Below are positions 1-8,729 of a stretch of 32,000 nucleotides of DNA, in pieces. How positions within the stretch are numbered: position 1 is the stretch's first letter; each line of letters starts with the position of its first letter. The notes under the pieces were generated by a model. That model had not been told where the DNA came from. It saw only the letters and a program-made list of their open reading frames with translations, and did no database searches. The DNA is from an archaeon. Lineage in GTDB: Archaea > Iainarchaeota > Iainarchaeia > Iainarchaeales > CSSED10-239. The DNA lies in assembly GCA_035357435.1 (NCBI GenBank), contig DAOPNM010000001.1, positions 8,448 through 40,447 on the forward strand. The letters are read 5' to 3'. The translations under genes and the position numbers were made by a program.

Positions 1-716
1 GCATCGTGAATGTTGTTGGATCCACAATATCAAGAGAAACAGATTGTGGGATTTATACAAGAGCAGGGCCAGAAATAGGTGTCGCCTCAACAAAAGCATT
101 TACAAATCAATTAGTTTGTATGTATCTTTTAACATTATATATTGCAAAAAGAAAAAAAACAATGGGTGATAATGAAATAAAGGAATTTATTTCAGATTTA
201 ATGAAATTACCAGAATATATTAAACAAACTTTGAAAAAATATAATCAAATAAAAATTATTGCAAAGAAGATGTCTAAAACAAAAAATTGTATTTTTTTAG
301 GGAGAGGTATAAATTATCCTATTGCCTTGGAAGGTGCATTAAAACTAAAAGAAATTAGTTATATACATGCAGAAGGTTATCCTGCTGCAGAAATGAAACA
401 CGGGCCTATTGCTTTAATAGACAAGCATATGCCTGTTATTGTTATTGTAAATAAAGATAAAAACTATGAAAAAGTTATTTCAAATATAAATGAAATTAAG
501 GCAAGAGGTGGGAAGATTGTGGCAATTGCAACACAGGGGGATATTAAAATTAAAAAGATATCAGATCAGGTATTGTACGTCCCAAAAGTGCCACCATTAC
601 TAAATCCTTTTGTAAATGTTGTTGTTCTCCAACTTCTTGCATATTATGTTGCAGACGAAAAGAAATGTGAAATTGATAAACCAAGAAATTTAGCAAAATC
701 TGTAACAGTAGAGTAA
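1..716 (+). CDS. glmS: Glutamine--fructose-6-phosphate aminotransferase (isomerising), C-terminal SIS domains; 5' end lies outside the window
   Basis: The frame is open to the window edge. Motifs GVASTKAFTNQL and EGALKLKEISYIHAEGYPAAEMKHGPIALID are present, along with the family-typical C-terminus KPRNLAKSVTVE. Stop TAA at 714-716. Confidence 0.9.
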   Translation, partial: IVNVVGSTISRETDCGIYTRAGPEIGVASTKAFTNQLVCMYLLTLYIAKRKKTMGDNEIKEFISDLMKLPEYIKQTLKKYNQIKIIAKKMSKTKNCIFLGRGINYPIALEGALKLKEISYIHAEGYPAAEMKHGPIALIDKHMPVIVIVNKDKNYEKVISNINEIKARGGKIVAIATQGDIKIKKISDQVLYVPKVPPLLNPFVNVVVLQLLAYYVADEKKCEIDKPRNLAKSVTVE

Positions 717-829
717 AATAACAAAAATTGGATTAAATGTTTTAAATCTTATTTTAACCATCCCTAGATGTTAAATATTTAAACCATTTGTTATATTTTA
801 TATATGTAAATCTATTTTAAAAATGAAAA

Positions 830-1555
830 ATGAAGTTATTTATGGCTACAAAAGATGCATTTAATAAATATGTTAAAAATTATAAGTTGGTTTTAGCATA
901 TAGTGTATTATTTATATTCCTATTATTTATAATTGACCCTTTGTTTAAAATGTATGGTGGGGGAATTAATTTAACATATAATATTTTTGGCACAAACTTT
1001 CTTGCAATTGTTTTAACATTAATTTCAGTGTTACTTCTAATCTTTGTATTTAGTTTAATACAAGCAGCATTAATCCACAAAGTTACAGACGATTATTTTG
1101 TTGGGAGAAGAATACATTTACAAGAGATTAAAACTTCTTTTTTGAAATTATTTAAATTTAATGGAATTACATTTTTATTAATATATATTGTATCTTTAAT
1201 TTTGTATGATTTATTTTTATTAAATAACATAATTGTTTCATTAATATTTTTTGGAATTGCCTTGCTATTATGGTTTACACCACAAGCAATTGTTATTGAG
1301 AAAGACAATGTGGGTGTAAGTATGTTGTTCAGTATAAAATATTTAAAAAATTGGAAAGATGCATTATTAGTTTTTGTAACAACATTCATTTTAACATTTA
1401 TTAGTATTTTATTAGATGTAGTTATTGGAGGGATTGTTGGGCCAATTTTGTCTATATTATTTTTCACATTGTTTGTTATACCATATATAGAGATATTAAA
1501 AACGGATCTATACCTTTCAAAATATAGATTATTAAAACCAATGGGGAGGAGATAA
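830..1555 (+). CDS. Hypothetical multi-pass integral membrane protein (241 aa)
   Basis: Long ORF with several hydrophobic 20-25 aa segments (LVLAYSVLFIFLLFII, FLAIVLTLISVLLLIFVF, ITFLLIYIVSLILYDLFLL, LLVFVTTFILTFISILL). I recognise no family motif. Its stop lies 3 nt before the next gene. Confidence 0.55.
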   Translation: MKLFMATKDAFNKYVKNYKLVLAYSVLFIFLLFIIDPLFKMYGGGINLTYNIFGTNFLAIVLTLISVLLLIFVFSLIQAALIHKVTDDYFVGRRIHLQEIKTSFLKLFKFNGITFLLIYIVSLILYDLFLLNNIIVSLIFFGIALLLWFTPQAIVIEKDNVGVSMLFSIKYLKNWKDALLVFVTTFILTFISILLDVVIGGIVGPILSILFFTLFVIPYIEILKTDLYLSKYRLLKPMGRR

Positions 1556-1558
1556 GTA

Positions 1559-2029
1559 ATGCAAGTAATTGATAAAATAGATAAGCACATAATTGAACAG
1601 TTAATTGTCGATGGAAGAATGACATTTGCAAATATTGCAAAAGATATAAATTTAACAGATGTTGCAATTAAAAAAAGATTAGACAGATTAAAACAGAAAG
1701 GGATTATAAAAAATATTTATGCAGAAATAGATTATAAAGTTATTGGGTTTACCGAAGATCTTATTGTGTTAATAAATGCAGAGCCTACAAAAACAAATAA
1801 TGTTATTAAAAAATTAAATGATATAGATAATATAATAAAATTGTATGGAGTCACCGGAGAATACAACCTTGTTGCACAACTTATTGCAGAAGATAAAGAG
1901 AATCTTCAAGAGTTATTAAATTCTATTAATACTATTGATGGAATATTAAAAATAACAATCTTAACTGTTTTAAAGGAATATAAGAATAGTAAGAATGTAC
2001 CAAATAAAATAATACAAACTACATTTTAA
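1559..2029 (+). CDS. Lrp/AsnC-family transcriptional regulator
   Basis: N-terminal HTH typical of Lrp/AsnC (IDKHIIEQLIVDGRMTFANIAKDINLTDVAIKKRLDRLKQKGIIK) followed by a RAM-like alpha/beta domain. Size is 156 aa. Confidence 0.85.
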   Translation: MQVIDKIDKHIIEQLIVDGRMTFANIAKDINLTDVAIKKRLDRLKQKGIIKNIYAEIDYKVIGFTEDLIVLINAEPTKTNNVIKKLNDIDNIIKLYGVTGEYNLVAQLIAEDKENLQELLNSINTIDGILKITILTVLKEYKNSKNVPNKIIQTTF

Positions 2030-2031
2030 TA

Positions 2032-4122
2032 TTGAATAATATGCATATAATAATTGCAGAAAAACCAATTGCAGGAAAAAGAATAGCAAGCATTTTGTCT
2101 AATGATGATTTTGAAACAACACAAGAGAAAGGTTGTACTTTTTTTTCATTTAAAAAAAATGGGGAAGATTACATATTAATCCCATTACGTGGGCATATAA
2201 ACACTGCTGATTTTCTTGAAGAAGACCATTATTGGAGTGTTAATGGTTTAAAACAATTAATCGATAAAAAGATAATTTATAAACCTGTAGAAAAACAAAT
2301 TGTGTCTTTATTAAATACAAAACGAGACGGATTAAAAGAAATAATTATTGCAACAGATGCAGATAGAGAAGGAGAAGCAATTGGTGTTGAAGCTTATAAT
2401 TATGTTGTAGAAAAAAATAAAAACCTAAAAGCAAAAAGAGCATATTTTAGTGCATTAACAGAAAAGGATGTAAACACTGCTTTCTCAAAACTTAGAGATA
2501 TTGATTTTAATTGTGCAGATTCTGTTTTTGCAAGAGAAGAAATTGATTTGTTGTGGGGTGCAATACTTACAAGATATCTATCAATAGTTTCAAACAGGAT
2601 GGGCAAACAATTTTTGTCAGCAGGAAGAGTGCAAACTCCATTATTAAATTTTATTGTAAATAGAGAATTGGAAAGAATAAATTTTGTTCCACAGAAATAT
2701 AGAGTTATACAAATTGTTTTTGAAAAACAAAAAATTAAATTTGAAGGAACACATAAATTAGGGAAAATTTTTGATTTAGAAAAAGCAGACGATATATTTA
2801 AGAAAATAAAGGATGCAAAAGAAGGGCAAGTTAAATCAATTACAAAAACAGAAAAAATATTACCACGGCCACCCCCATTTAATACAACTAGTTTTTTAAG
2901 AGCAGCAAATGCCTTAGGTATTGGTACAAATCAAGCAATGACTATTGCAGAAAATTTATATCAAGAAGGATTAATTAGTTATCCAAGAACAGACAACACA
3001 GTTTATCCAAAAACAATTGATTTAAAAGAAGTTTTGTTAAAAATAAACGCAAGCAATGAATACAAAAAGTATGTTCAAGAAATTCTTAAAAAACCACTTA
3101 ATCCATCAAAAGGAGAAAAAGAAACAACAGATCACCCTCCAATTTACCCAGTAGGTTTTTCAAATAAATTAAGTGGGGTACAAGAAAAAATATATGACTT
3201 GATTGTAAGAAGGTTTCTTGCAACATTATCCACATCTGCAAAAACCGAAAATGTCTCTGTAACTATTGATGTAAATGGAGAACCATTTTCTTCTACAGGG
3301 CAAACAATTTTAGAACTTGGATGGAAAGAGATTTATTATTATTCACAACTAAATGAAGTAATTCTTCCAAAATTAGAGAAAGGAGAAAAAGTATCAATTA
3401 TTGATAAAAAATTAGAAAAAAAGGAAACAACACCTCCACCACATTATACAGAAGGGGGGTTAATTAAATTAATGGAGGAAGAAAATCTAGGTACAAAGTC
3501 AACAAGACCAACAATTATACAAAAATTGAAAGATAGAAAATATATTATAGGAACAAAGAATGTTTCTCCAACACCAATTGCAATTTCTGTATGCAGTGTA
3601 TTGAACAAACATTGTGATGTAATTACAAAACCAGAACTGACTGCAAGCCTAGAAAAAGATATGGACTTAATTGCAGCAGGGAAAAAACAAAAAATAGAAG
3701 TTGTTAATGAGAATAGAGATATTTTACAAAAAGTAGTAGATATTTTAATAAAAGAAAAAGATGCAATCTCACAGGAATTAAAAGGTGGCATAAAGGAAGC
3801 GTCTTTTATAGGCATCTGCCCAACATGTGGTAAAAAATTAATGATTAGACATGGAAGAACAGGAAAACAGTTTGTTGGATGTGAAGGATATCCAAAATGT
3901 ACAACAACTTACCCATTGCCACAAAAAAAAAATATTAAACCACTAAATACTAATTGTGAAGTGTGTGGTGCACCAATGATTGAAGTAACAGGTGCCAGGG
4001 GAAGAACATTTCAAATGTGTTTAAATCCAAAATGTAAAACAAAAGAAGAATATTTTGCCAAAAAAGAACAACAAAAACAAATAAAAAAAACAAAAAAAAT
4101 TACGAAAAAAACAAAAAAATAG
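2032..4122 (+). CDS. topA: DNA topoisomerase, type IA (archaeal TopA/Topo III-like) with two C-terminal zinc ribbons
   Basis: TOPRIM N-terminus (IIAEKP, ATDADREGE) and active-site Tyr context GLISYPRTDNT. Two C4 ribbons (CPTCGKK...CEGYPKC and CEVCGAP...CLNPKC) and a Lys-rich tail. The track start is TTG 2032; ATG 2041 (MHIIIAEKP) is the more likely start. Confidence 0.9.
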   Translation: MNNMHIIIAEKPIAGKRIASILSNDDFETTQEKGCTFFSFKKNGEDYILIPLRGHINTADFLEEDHYWSVNGLKQLIDKKIIYKPVEKQIVSLLNTKRDGLKEIIIATDADREGEAIGVEAYNYVVEKNKNLKAKRAYFSALTEKDVNTAFSKLRDIDFNCADSVFAREEIDLLWGAILTRYLSIVSNRMGKQFLSAGRVQTPLLNFIVNRELERINFVPQKYRVIQIVFEKQKIKFEGTHKLGKIFDLEKADDIFKKIKDAKEGQVKSITKTEKILPRPPPFNTTSFLRAANALGIGTNQAMTIAENLYQEGLISYPRTDNTVYPKTIDLKEVLLKINASNEYKKYVQEILKKPLNPSKGEKETTDHPPIYPVGFSNKLSGVQEKIYDLIVRRFLATLSTSAKTENVSVTIDVNGEPFSSTGQTILELGWKEIYYYSQLNEVILPKLEKGEKVSIIDKKLEKKETTPPPHYTEGGLIKLMEEENLGTKSTRPTIIQKLKDRKYIIGTKNVSPTPIAISVCSVLNKHCDVITKPELTASLEKDMDLIAAGKKQKIEVVNENRDILQKVVDILIKEKDAISQELKGGIKEASFIGICPTCGKKLMIRHGRTGKQFVGCEGYPKCTTTYPLPQKKNIKPLNTNCEVCGAPMIEVTGARGRTFQMCLNPKCKTKEEYFAKKEQQKQIKKTKKITKKTKK

Positions 4123-4191
4123 GCAAAATTTTTTAAATCTTGGTACATCTCTTTTTTATTTTTTGTGCTCGTTTATATACTTATAAAAGTT

Positions 4192-4200
4192 TTTTAAATA
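4192..4200 (+). promoter_or_regulatory. Candidate TATA box for cdc48
   Basis: TTTTAAATA is centred about 22 nt upstream of ATG 4218. This fits an archaeal promoter giving a leaderless or very short-leader mRNA. Confidence 0.35.
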
Positions 4201-4217
4201 AAAAAATGTGATTAATT

Positions 4218-6413
4218 ATGGAAAAAGCAATATTAACAATAAAAGAAACAAACATACAAGATGTTGGAAAAGGAATTGCAAAGATAGACCCATTAGTTTT
4301 TGAAAAATTAAAATTAAGTACAGGAGATGTTATAAAAATACAAGGAACAAAAACAGCATTAGCGTATGTTGTTAAAGGTAAAATTGAAGATACTGGTATG
4401 AATGTAATTAGAATAGATGGCGGGATAAGATATAATGCAGGGGCGTCTATTGGAGAAGAAGTCACAATAGAAAAAACAAACACATTGCCTGCACAAACAG
4501 TAAATCTTTCACCTGTAATTGATAAAAATTCAAAAATTGAATTAAGTGAAGATATTAAAGCTTATATTAAGGAAAGGTTAATAAATTTAAATGTTATAGA
4601 AAACAATATTGTAAAAATACATGGCCTACCTATTTTAACACCTGATGGTTATAGAGACCTACAATTGCTTGTAACAAAAACATTGCCAAAAGGCGCAGTA
4701 AAAATAACAGAGGATACAAAATTGATTATATCTGAAAAAGCAGAAGAAGTTTTTAAAGCAAGTATTACTTATGATGATGTTGGTGGTTTAAAAAAAGAAA
4801 TAGAAGCAATTAGAGAAATGGTAGAATTGCCTATTAAAAGACCAGAGATTTTTAAAAAATTAGGAATATCTCCACCTAAAGGAGTTTTATTGTATGGGCC
4901 ACCAGGCACAGGAAAAACATTACTTGCAAAAGCAGTTGCTGGAGAAACAGATTCTCATTTTATTACAATTAATGGCCCAGAAATTGTAAGTGGAGTTTAT
5001 GGGAAAAGTGAAGAAAATTTAAGAAACATTTTTAAAGAAGCAGAAGAAAAGGCACCAACAATAATTTTTATAGATGAAATTGATGCCATTGCACCAAAAA
5101 GAGAAAACATTTATGGAGAAACTGAAAAAAGAATTGTTGCACAATTGTTAACATTAATGGATGGATTGAACACAAGAGGAAATGTAGTAGTGATTGGTGC
5201 AACAAACATCCCAGATGCAGTAGATCCTGCATTAAGAAGACCTGGAAGATTTGATAGAGAATTAGAAATTATGGTTCCAGATAAAGAAGGGAGAAAGGAA
5301 ATATTGTTAATACATACAAGAGGTATGCCATTAAAAGATGTAAACATTGATGAACTTGTAGAACTAACCAATGGCTTTTCTGGTGCAGATTTAAATATGC
5401 TTTGTAAGGAGGCCGCACTAAAAGCAATAAAAAGATTAATGCCTAAAATAAATAAAGAAACTGGAAAACATTTATCAAGAGAAATCATGGATGAACTAGT
5501 AATAACACATCAAGATTTTTTAGATGCATTAAACCTCGTTGAACCATCAGCACTTAGAGAAGTACAAGTAGAAATACCTAATGTGAAATGGGAAGATATT
5601 GGTGGATTAGAAGAACAAAAACAACAACTTAAAGAAATGGTTGAATGGCCTTTAAAATATGGAGATGTTTTTAAAAAAATAGGAATCACCTCACCAAGAG
5701 GTGTTTTATTGTATGGCCCACCAGGCACAGGAAAAACATTACTTGCAAAAGCAGTTGCTACAAACTCTAATGCAAATTTTATACCTGTTAAAGGTCCAGA
5801 ATTACTTAATAAATATGTTGGAGAAAGCGAAAGGAGAGTAAGAGAGATATTCAAAAAAGCAAGGCAATTAGCACCATCAATCATATTTTTCGATGAAGTA
5901 GATGCATTAACAAGAACAAGATTTGCAGGAGATACAACAAACGCAGAAAATAATGTTGTTGCACAGATTTTAACAGAAATGGATGGTATTTCACAACTAA
6001 AAGATATAATAATTATAGGTGCAACAAATAGAAAAGATATGATAGACCCTGCATTTTTAAGACCAGGAAGATTCGATATATTATTACCAATACCATTGCC
6101 AGATGAAAAAACCAGAGAAAAAATTTTTGAAGTTTATCTTAAAAAATTAAATGTAGAACAAAACATCTCAGCAAAAGAATTAAGTAAATTAACACCAGAG
6201 GCATCAGGTGCAGAAATAGAAGCTATATGTAGAGAAGCAGGAATGTATGCAATAAGAAAAATAATATCTGAAAAAGAAGGAAAACTAAAAGAAGAGAAGA
6301 ACATAAAAATTACAAAAGAAGACTTCAAAAAAGCAATAGATAAAATTTTAAAAAAGGAAAAACAAACAAAAGAAAAAGGAAGTCAAGATAAAACAAATAA
6401 AAGTATTGTTTAA
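4218..6413 (+). CDS. cdc48: Cdc48/VCP/VAT-type double-ring AAA+ ATPase
   Basis: Cdc48-N-like domain ([25 protein letters not shown]). Two AAA modules each carry Walker [16 protein letters not shown], with Walker B IIFIDEID and IIFFDEVD. Second-region-of-homology arginines are present ([11 protein letters not shown] and [10 protein letters not shown]). Confidence 0.93.
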   Translation: MEKAILTIKETNIQDVGKGIAKIDPLVFEKLKLSTGDVIKIQGTKTALAYVVKGKIEDTGMNVIRIDGGIRYNAGASIGEEVTIEKTNTLPAQTVNLSPVIDKNSKIELSEDIKAYIKERLINLNVIENNIVKIHGLPILTPDGYRDLQLLVTKTLPKGAVKITEDTKLIISEKAEEVFKASITYDDVGGLKKEIEAIREMVELPIKRPEIFKKLGISPPKGVLLYGPPGTGKTLLAKAVAGETDSHFITINGPEIVSGVYGKSEENLRNIFKEAEEKAPTIIFIDEIDAIAPKRENIYGETEKRIVAQLLTLMDGLNTRGNVVVIGATNIPDAVDPALRRPGRFDRELEIMVPDKEGRKEILLIHTRGMPLKDVNIDELVELTNGFSGADLNMLCKEAALKAIKRLMPKINKETGKHLSREIMDELVITHQDFLDALNLVEPSALREVQVEIPNVKWEDIGGLEEQKQQLKEMVEWPLKYGDVFKKIGITSPRGVLLYGPPGTGKTLLAKAVATNSNANFIPVKGPELLNKYVGESERRVREIFKKARQLAPSIIFFDEVDALTRTRFAGDTTNAENNVVAQILTEMDGISQLKDIIIIGATNRKDMIDPAFLRPGRFDILLPIPLPDEKTREKIFEVYLKKLNVEQNISAKELSKLTPEASGAEIEAICREAGMYAIRKIISEKEGKLKEEKNIKITKEDFKKAIDKILKKEKQTKEKGSQDKTNKSIV

Positions 6414-6433
6414 AAAGAACAAAATAACACGTT

Positions 6434-6532
6434 ATTTCTTGGACATGATTATAATTATATATAATTAAATAATACTAAAAAAGAAAATATAAGATAATTT
6501 CCAAAATAGCAATATAGTTGTGTCCAAGAAAT
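6434..6532. repeat. 12-bp perfect inverted repeat (ATTTCTTGGACA / TGTCCAAGAAAT) enclosing about 75 bp of AT-rich spacer
   Basis: ATTTCTTGGACA at 6434-6445 and its exact reverse complement at 6521-6532. Both lie in the convergent cdc48/csp intergenic region. Confidence 0.7.
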
Positions 6533-6541
6533 CTTGCTTTT
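6512..6541. repeat. Copy C of a 30-bp intergenic element (ATATAGTTGTGTCCAAGAAATCTTGCTTTT)
   Basis: Matches 15179-15208 in direct orientation at 25 of 30 positions. It contains the near-palindrome CAAGAAATCTTG. Confidence 0.6.
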
Positions 6542-6663
6542 TGTTTGTTTTAGACAGATAAAATAATTATAGTTTAATAGATGTTGCCTGATAACACCCA
6601 CATAATAATAGCATGTTAAATAAATTAAAAAAAATAAAGAAAAAAAGAAATCTATAAATAGAT

Positions 6664-6707
6664 AAAAATAAAAAAATAAGAAAAAGAATTAACAAATTTA
6701 GAAAAAA
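6664..6707 (-). terminator. Oligo-T tract terminator candidate downstream of csp
   Basis: On the minus strand the csp stop codon is followed at once by T6 and then several further T5-T7 runs. Archaeal termination typically uses oligo-T. Confidence 0.4.
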
Positions 6708-6899
6708 TTAAATGACTTTAACTTTTACTGCTTTTGCTCCTCTTTCATCATTTGTAACTTCAAAAGATACTTTTGTACCTTCTTTTACATTAGATTTATT
6801 TTCTAAACCTGATTCATGTACAAAATAATCTTTGCCATCTGTTCCAGTTATGAAACCAAATCTTTTTTTGAAGTTATAAAATTTTATTGTGCCTTCCAT
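6708..6899 (-). CDS. csp: Cold-shock domain protein (bacterial CspA family)
   Basis: 63 aa. RNP1/RNP2-like motifs KRFGFI and DYFVH are present (MEGTIKFYNFKKRFGFITGTDGKDYFVHESGL), and the C-terminal half is typical (GTKVSFEV...GAKAVKVKVI). Confidence 0.9.
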   Translation of the reverse strand: MEGTIKFYNFKKRFGFITGTDGKDYFVHESGLENKSNVKEGTKVSFEVTNDERGAKAVKVKVI

Positions 6900-7022
6900 T
6901 TTTGTATCACTTTGTTATTTTTTACTATTGTTTTGTTTTTGTATTTGTATGATTGTGTTTTGCCAATAGTTGTATATATATAAATAACAATAATATTATA
7001 AATGGATTGGATCACAAAAAAA

Positions 7023-8666
7023 TTATTTGCTTGATGAAAAATTAGATTTTATTTGTGTTAAGAATTCAATAAATAATGGATGAGGGTATAGCAGTTTTGA
7101 TTTTAATTCTGGATGGGATTGCGTAGCAATGAAAAAAGGATGATCTTTTAGTTCTATAAATTCTACTAACGCACCATCAGGGCTAGTACCACTAATGATT
7201 AATCCATTTTTTTCTAATACTGAATGGTATTTGGGGTTTACTTCATATCTGTGTCTATGTCTTTCACTTATTTTTTGTGAGTTATAAATTTGCATAATTT
7301 TTGTACCATCTTTTAAAATTATGTCATATGCCCCCAATCTCATAGTACCACCTAGTTCTTTTTGTTTTTGATTTGGTAAGATGTCTATTACTGGATAAGG
7401 GGTATTTGGATCAATCTCAGTAGTGTTTGCATCTTTTAAACCACATACATTTCTTGCATATTCTACAATTGCCAATTGTAAACCATAACATAATCCTAAA
7501 AAAGGAATTTTGTTTTCTCTTGCATATTTTATAGCATTGATTTTCCCATCTACGCCTCTTGATCCATATCCACCAGGAACAATAATTCCATTTAATTTTT
7601 TTAGTTGATCAGAAGTTATTTGTGCAGCATCAATATATTCAATATCTATTGGGCAATTGCAAACTGCAGAGGCATGTGTTAGTGCTTCTGTTATAGATAC
7701 ATATGAATCTTTTAAGGTGGTATATTTCCCACATATTCCTATTTTTAGTTTGCCTGTATTTTTGTTTAGTTCATTTATTTTATTTATTTTATCAATATAT
7801 TTTTGAATATTTTTGTTTGGTTGAATATTAAGTTTCTCACAAACAATTTTGTCTAAATTTTGTTGTTTAAAGATAATTGGGATTTCATAGATGTTGTCAG
7901 TGTCAATTCCAGAAATAATATGATTTTCATCTAATTGTGAAACAATAGATAGTTTTTCTTTTGCTTGTTTGTTAAGATATCTATGTGTTCTACAAATAAT
8001 TATGTCAGGTTTTATTCCTCTTCGAAATAATTCTTCTAAGGCATTTTGTGCAGGTTTTGTTTTTTGTTCTTCACTTTTGTATAGTTCTGGAATATAGGTT
8101 ATATGAATGTTGATTATGTTCCCATCTTGTTTTTGTATAATGTTTTTTATAGCGTAAATAAATAGTTCATTTTCAATATCTCCAATAGTCCCACCAATTT
8201 CAAGAAGAACAATGTCTGCGTTGTTGTCTATTGTAGTTTTTAATATTTTATATTCTATATAGTCACTAACTTCTGGAATAAGCTTTACTGTTTTTCCAAG
8301 AAATTCGCCTTTTCTTTCTAAGTCAATTATTTCTTTATAGATTCTACCCATGGTAATATTTTCATCTTTATGACAAGAGATATTCAGAAATCTTTCATAA
8401 TGCCCAAAATCCATATCTACTTCTGTCCCATCATCAAGAACAAATACTTCTCCGTGTTCTATAGGGTTCATTGTCCCTGGGTCAAAATTAAGGTATCCAT
8501 CACATTTTATAGGAAATTTTTTTAATGTATCATCAACTAACAAACCAACACTTGCAAGAGCTACACCTTTTCCTAATCCTGATAAAACTCCACCAGTAAC
8601 AACAATAAATTTTGTATTTTTGTCATGTATTTGCTTATGAAGTTCATTTAGTTGATCACGATACAT
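7023..8666 (-). CDS. pyrG: CTP synthase
   Basis: N-terminal synthetase domain (KFIVVTGGVLSGLGKG, EIGGTIGDIE). C-terminal class I glutaminase with catalytic Cys context FLGLCYGLQ and HRHRYEVN. 547 aa. Confidence 0.95.
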   Translation of the reverse strand: MYRDQLNELHKQIHDKNTKFIVVTGGVLSGLGKGVALASVGLLVDDTLKKFPIKCDGYLNFDPGTMNPIEHGEVFVLDDGTEVDMDFGHYERFLNISCHKDENITMGRIYKEIIDLERKGEFLGKTVKLIPEVSDYIEYKILKTTIDNNADIVLLEIGGTIGDIENELFIYAIKNIIQKQDGNIINIHITYIPELYKSEEQKTKPAQNALEELFRRGIKPDIIICRTHRYLNKQAKEKLSIVSQLDENHIISGIDTDNIYEIPIIFKQQNLDKIVCEKLNIQPNKNIQKYIDKINKINELNKNTGKLKIGICGKYTTLKDSYVSITEALTHASAVCNCPIDIEYIDAAQITSDQLKKLNGIIVPGGYGSRGVDGKINAIKYARENKIPFLGLCYGLQLAIVEYARNVCGLKDANTTEIDPNTPYPVIDILPNQKQKELGGTMRLGAYDIILKDGTKIMQIYNSQKISERHRHRYEVNPKYHSVLEKNGLIISGTSPDGALVEFIELKDHPFFIATQSHPELKSKLLYPHPLFIEFLTQIKSNFSSSK

Positions 8667-8671
8667 ATTAT

Positions 8672-8729
8672 CATCTTTTTTTATTTTTTATTTAAATGTG
8701 CATCTTTTTTTATTTTTTATTTAAATGTG
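8672..8729. repeat. Perfect 2 x 29-bp tandem duplication (CATCTTTTTTTATTTTTTATTTAAATGTG)
   Basis: 8672-8700 is identical to 8701-8729, and identity breaks on both sides. Copy 2 contains the last two codons and stop of nrdJ (minus strand CAC ATT TAA). Confidence 0.95.
8689..8696 (-). promoter_or_regulatory. Candidate TATA box for pyrG (leaderless geometry)
   Basis: Minus-strand TTTAAATA is centred about 26-27 nt upstream of the pyrG ATG (8666). An identical copy 29 bp further upstream overlaps the nrdJ stop codon. Confidence 0.45.

Noticed and set aside
6434-6532. A C/D-box sRNA closed by the 12-bp inverted repeat. ATGATTA right after the left arm resembles a C box.
   Set aside because: There is no CTGA D box next to the right arm and no internal C'/D' boxes. 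The enclosed 75 nt is almost pure A/T, unlike guide regions.
8672-8729. Possible CRISPR array or minisatellite among the tandem repeats (also at 11911-11946 and 29073-29104).
   Set aside because: There are only two abutting copies each, with no unique spacers between repeats. No cas genes are present in the window.
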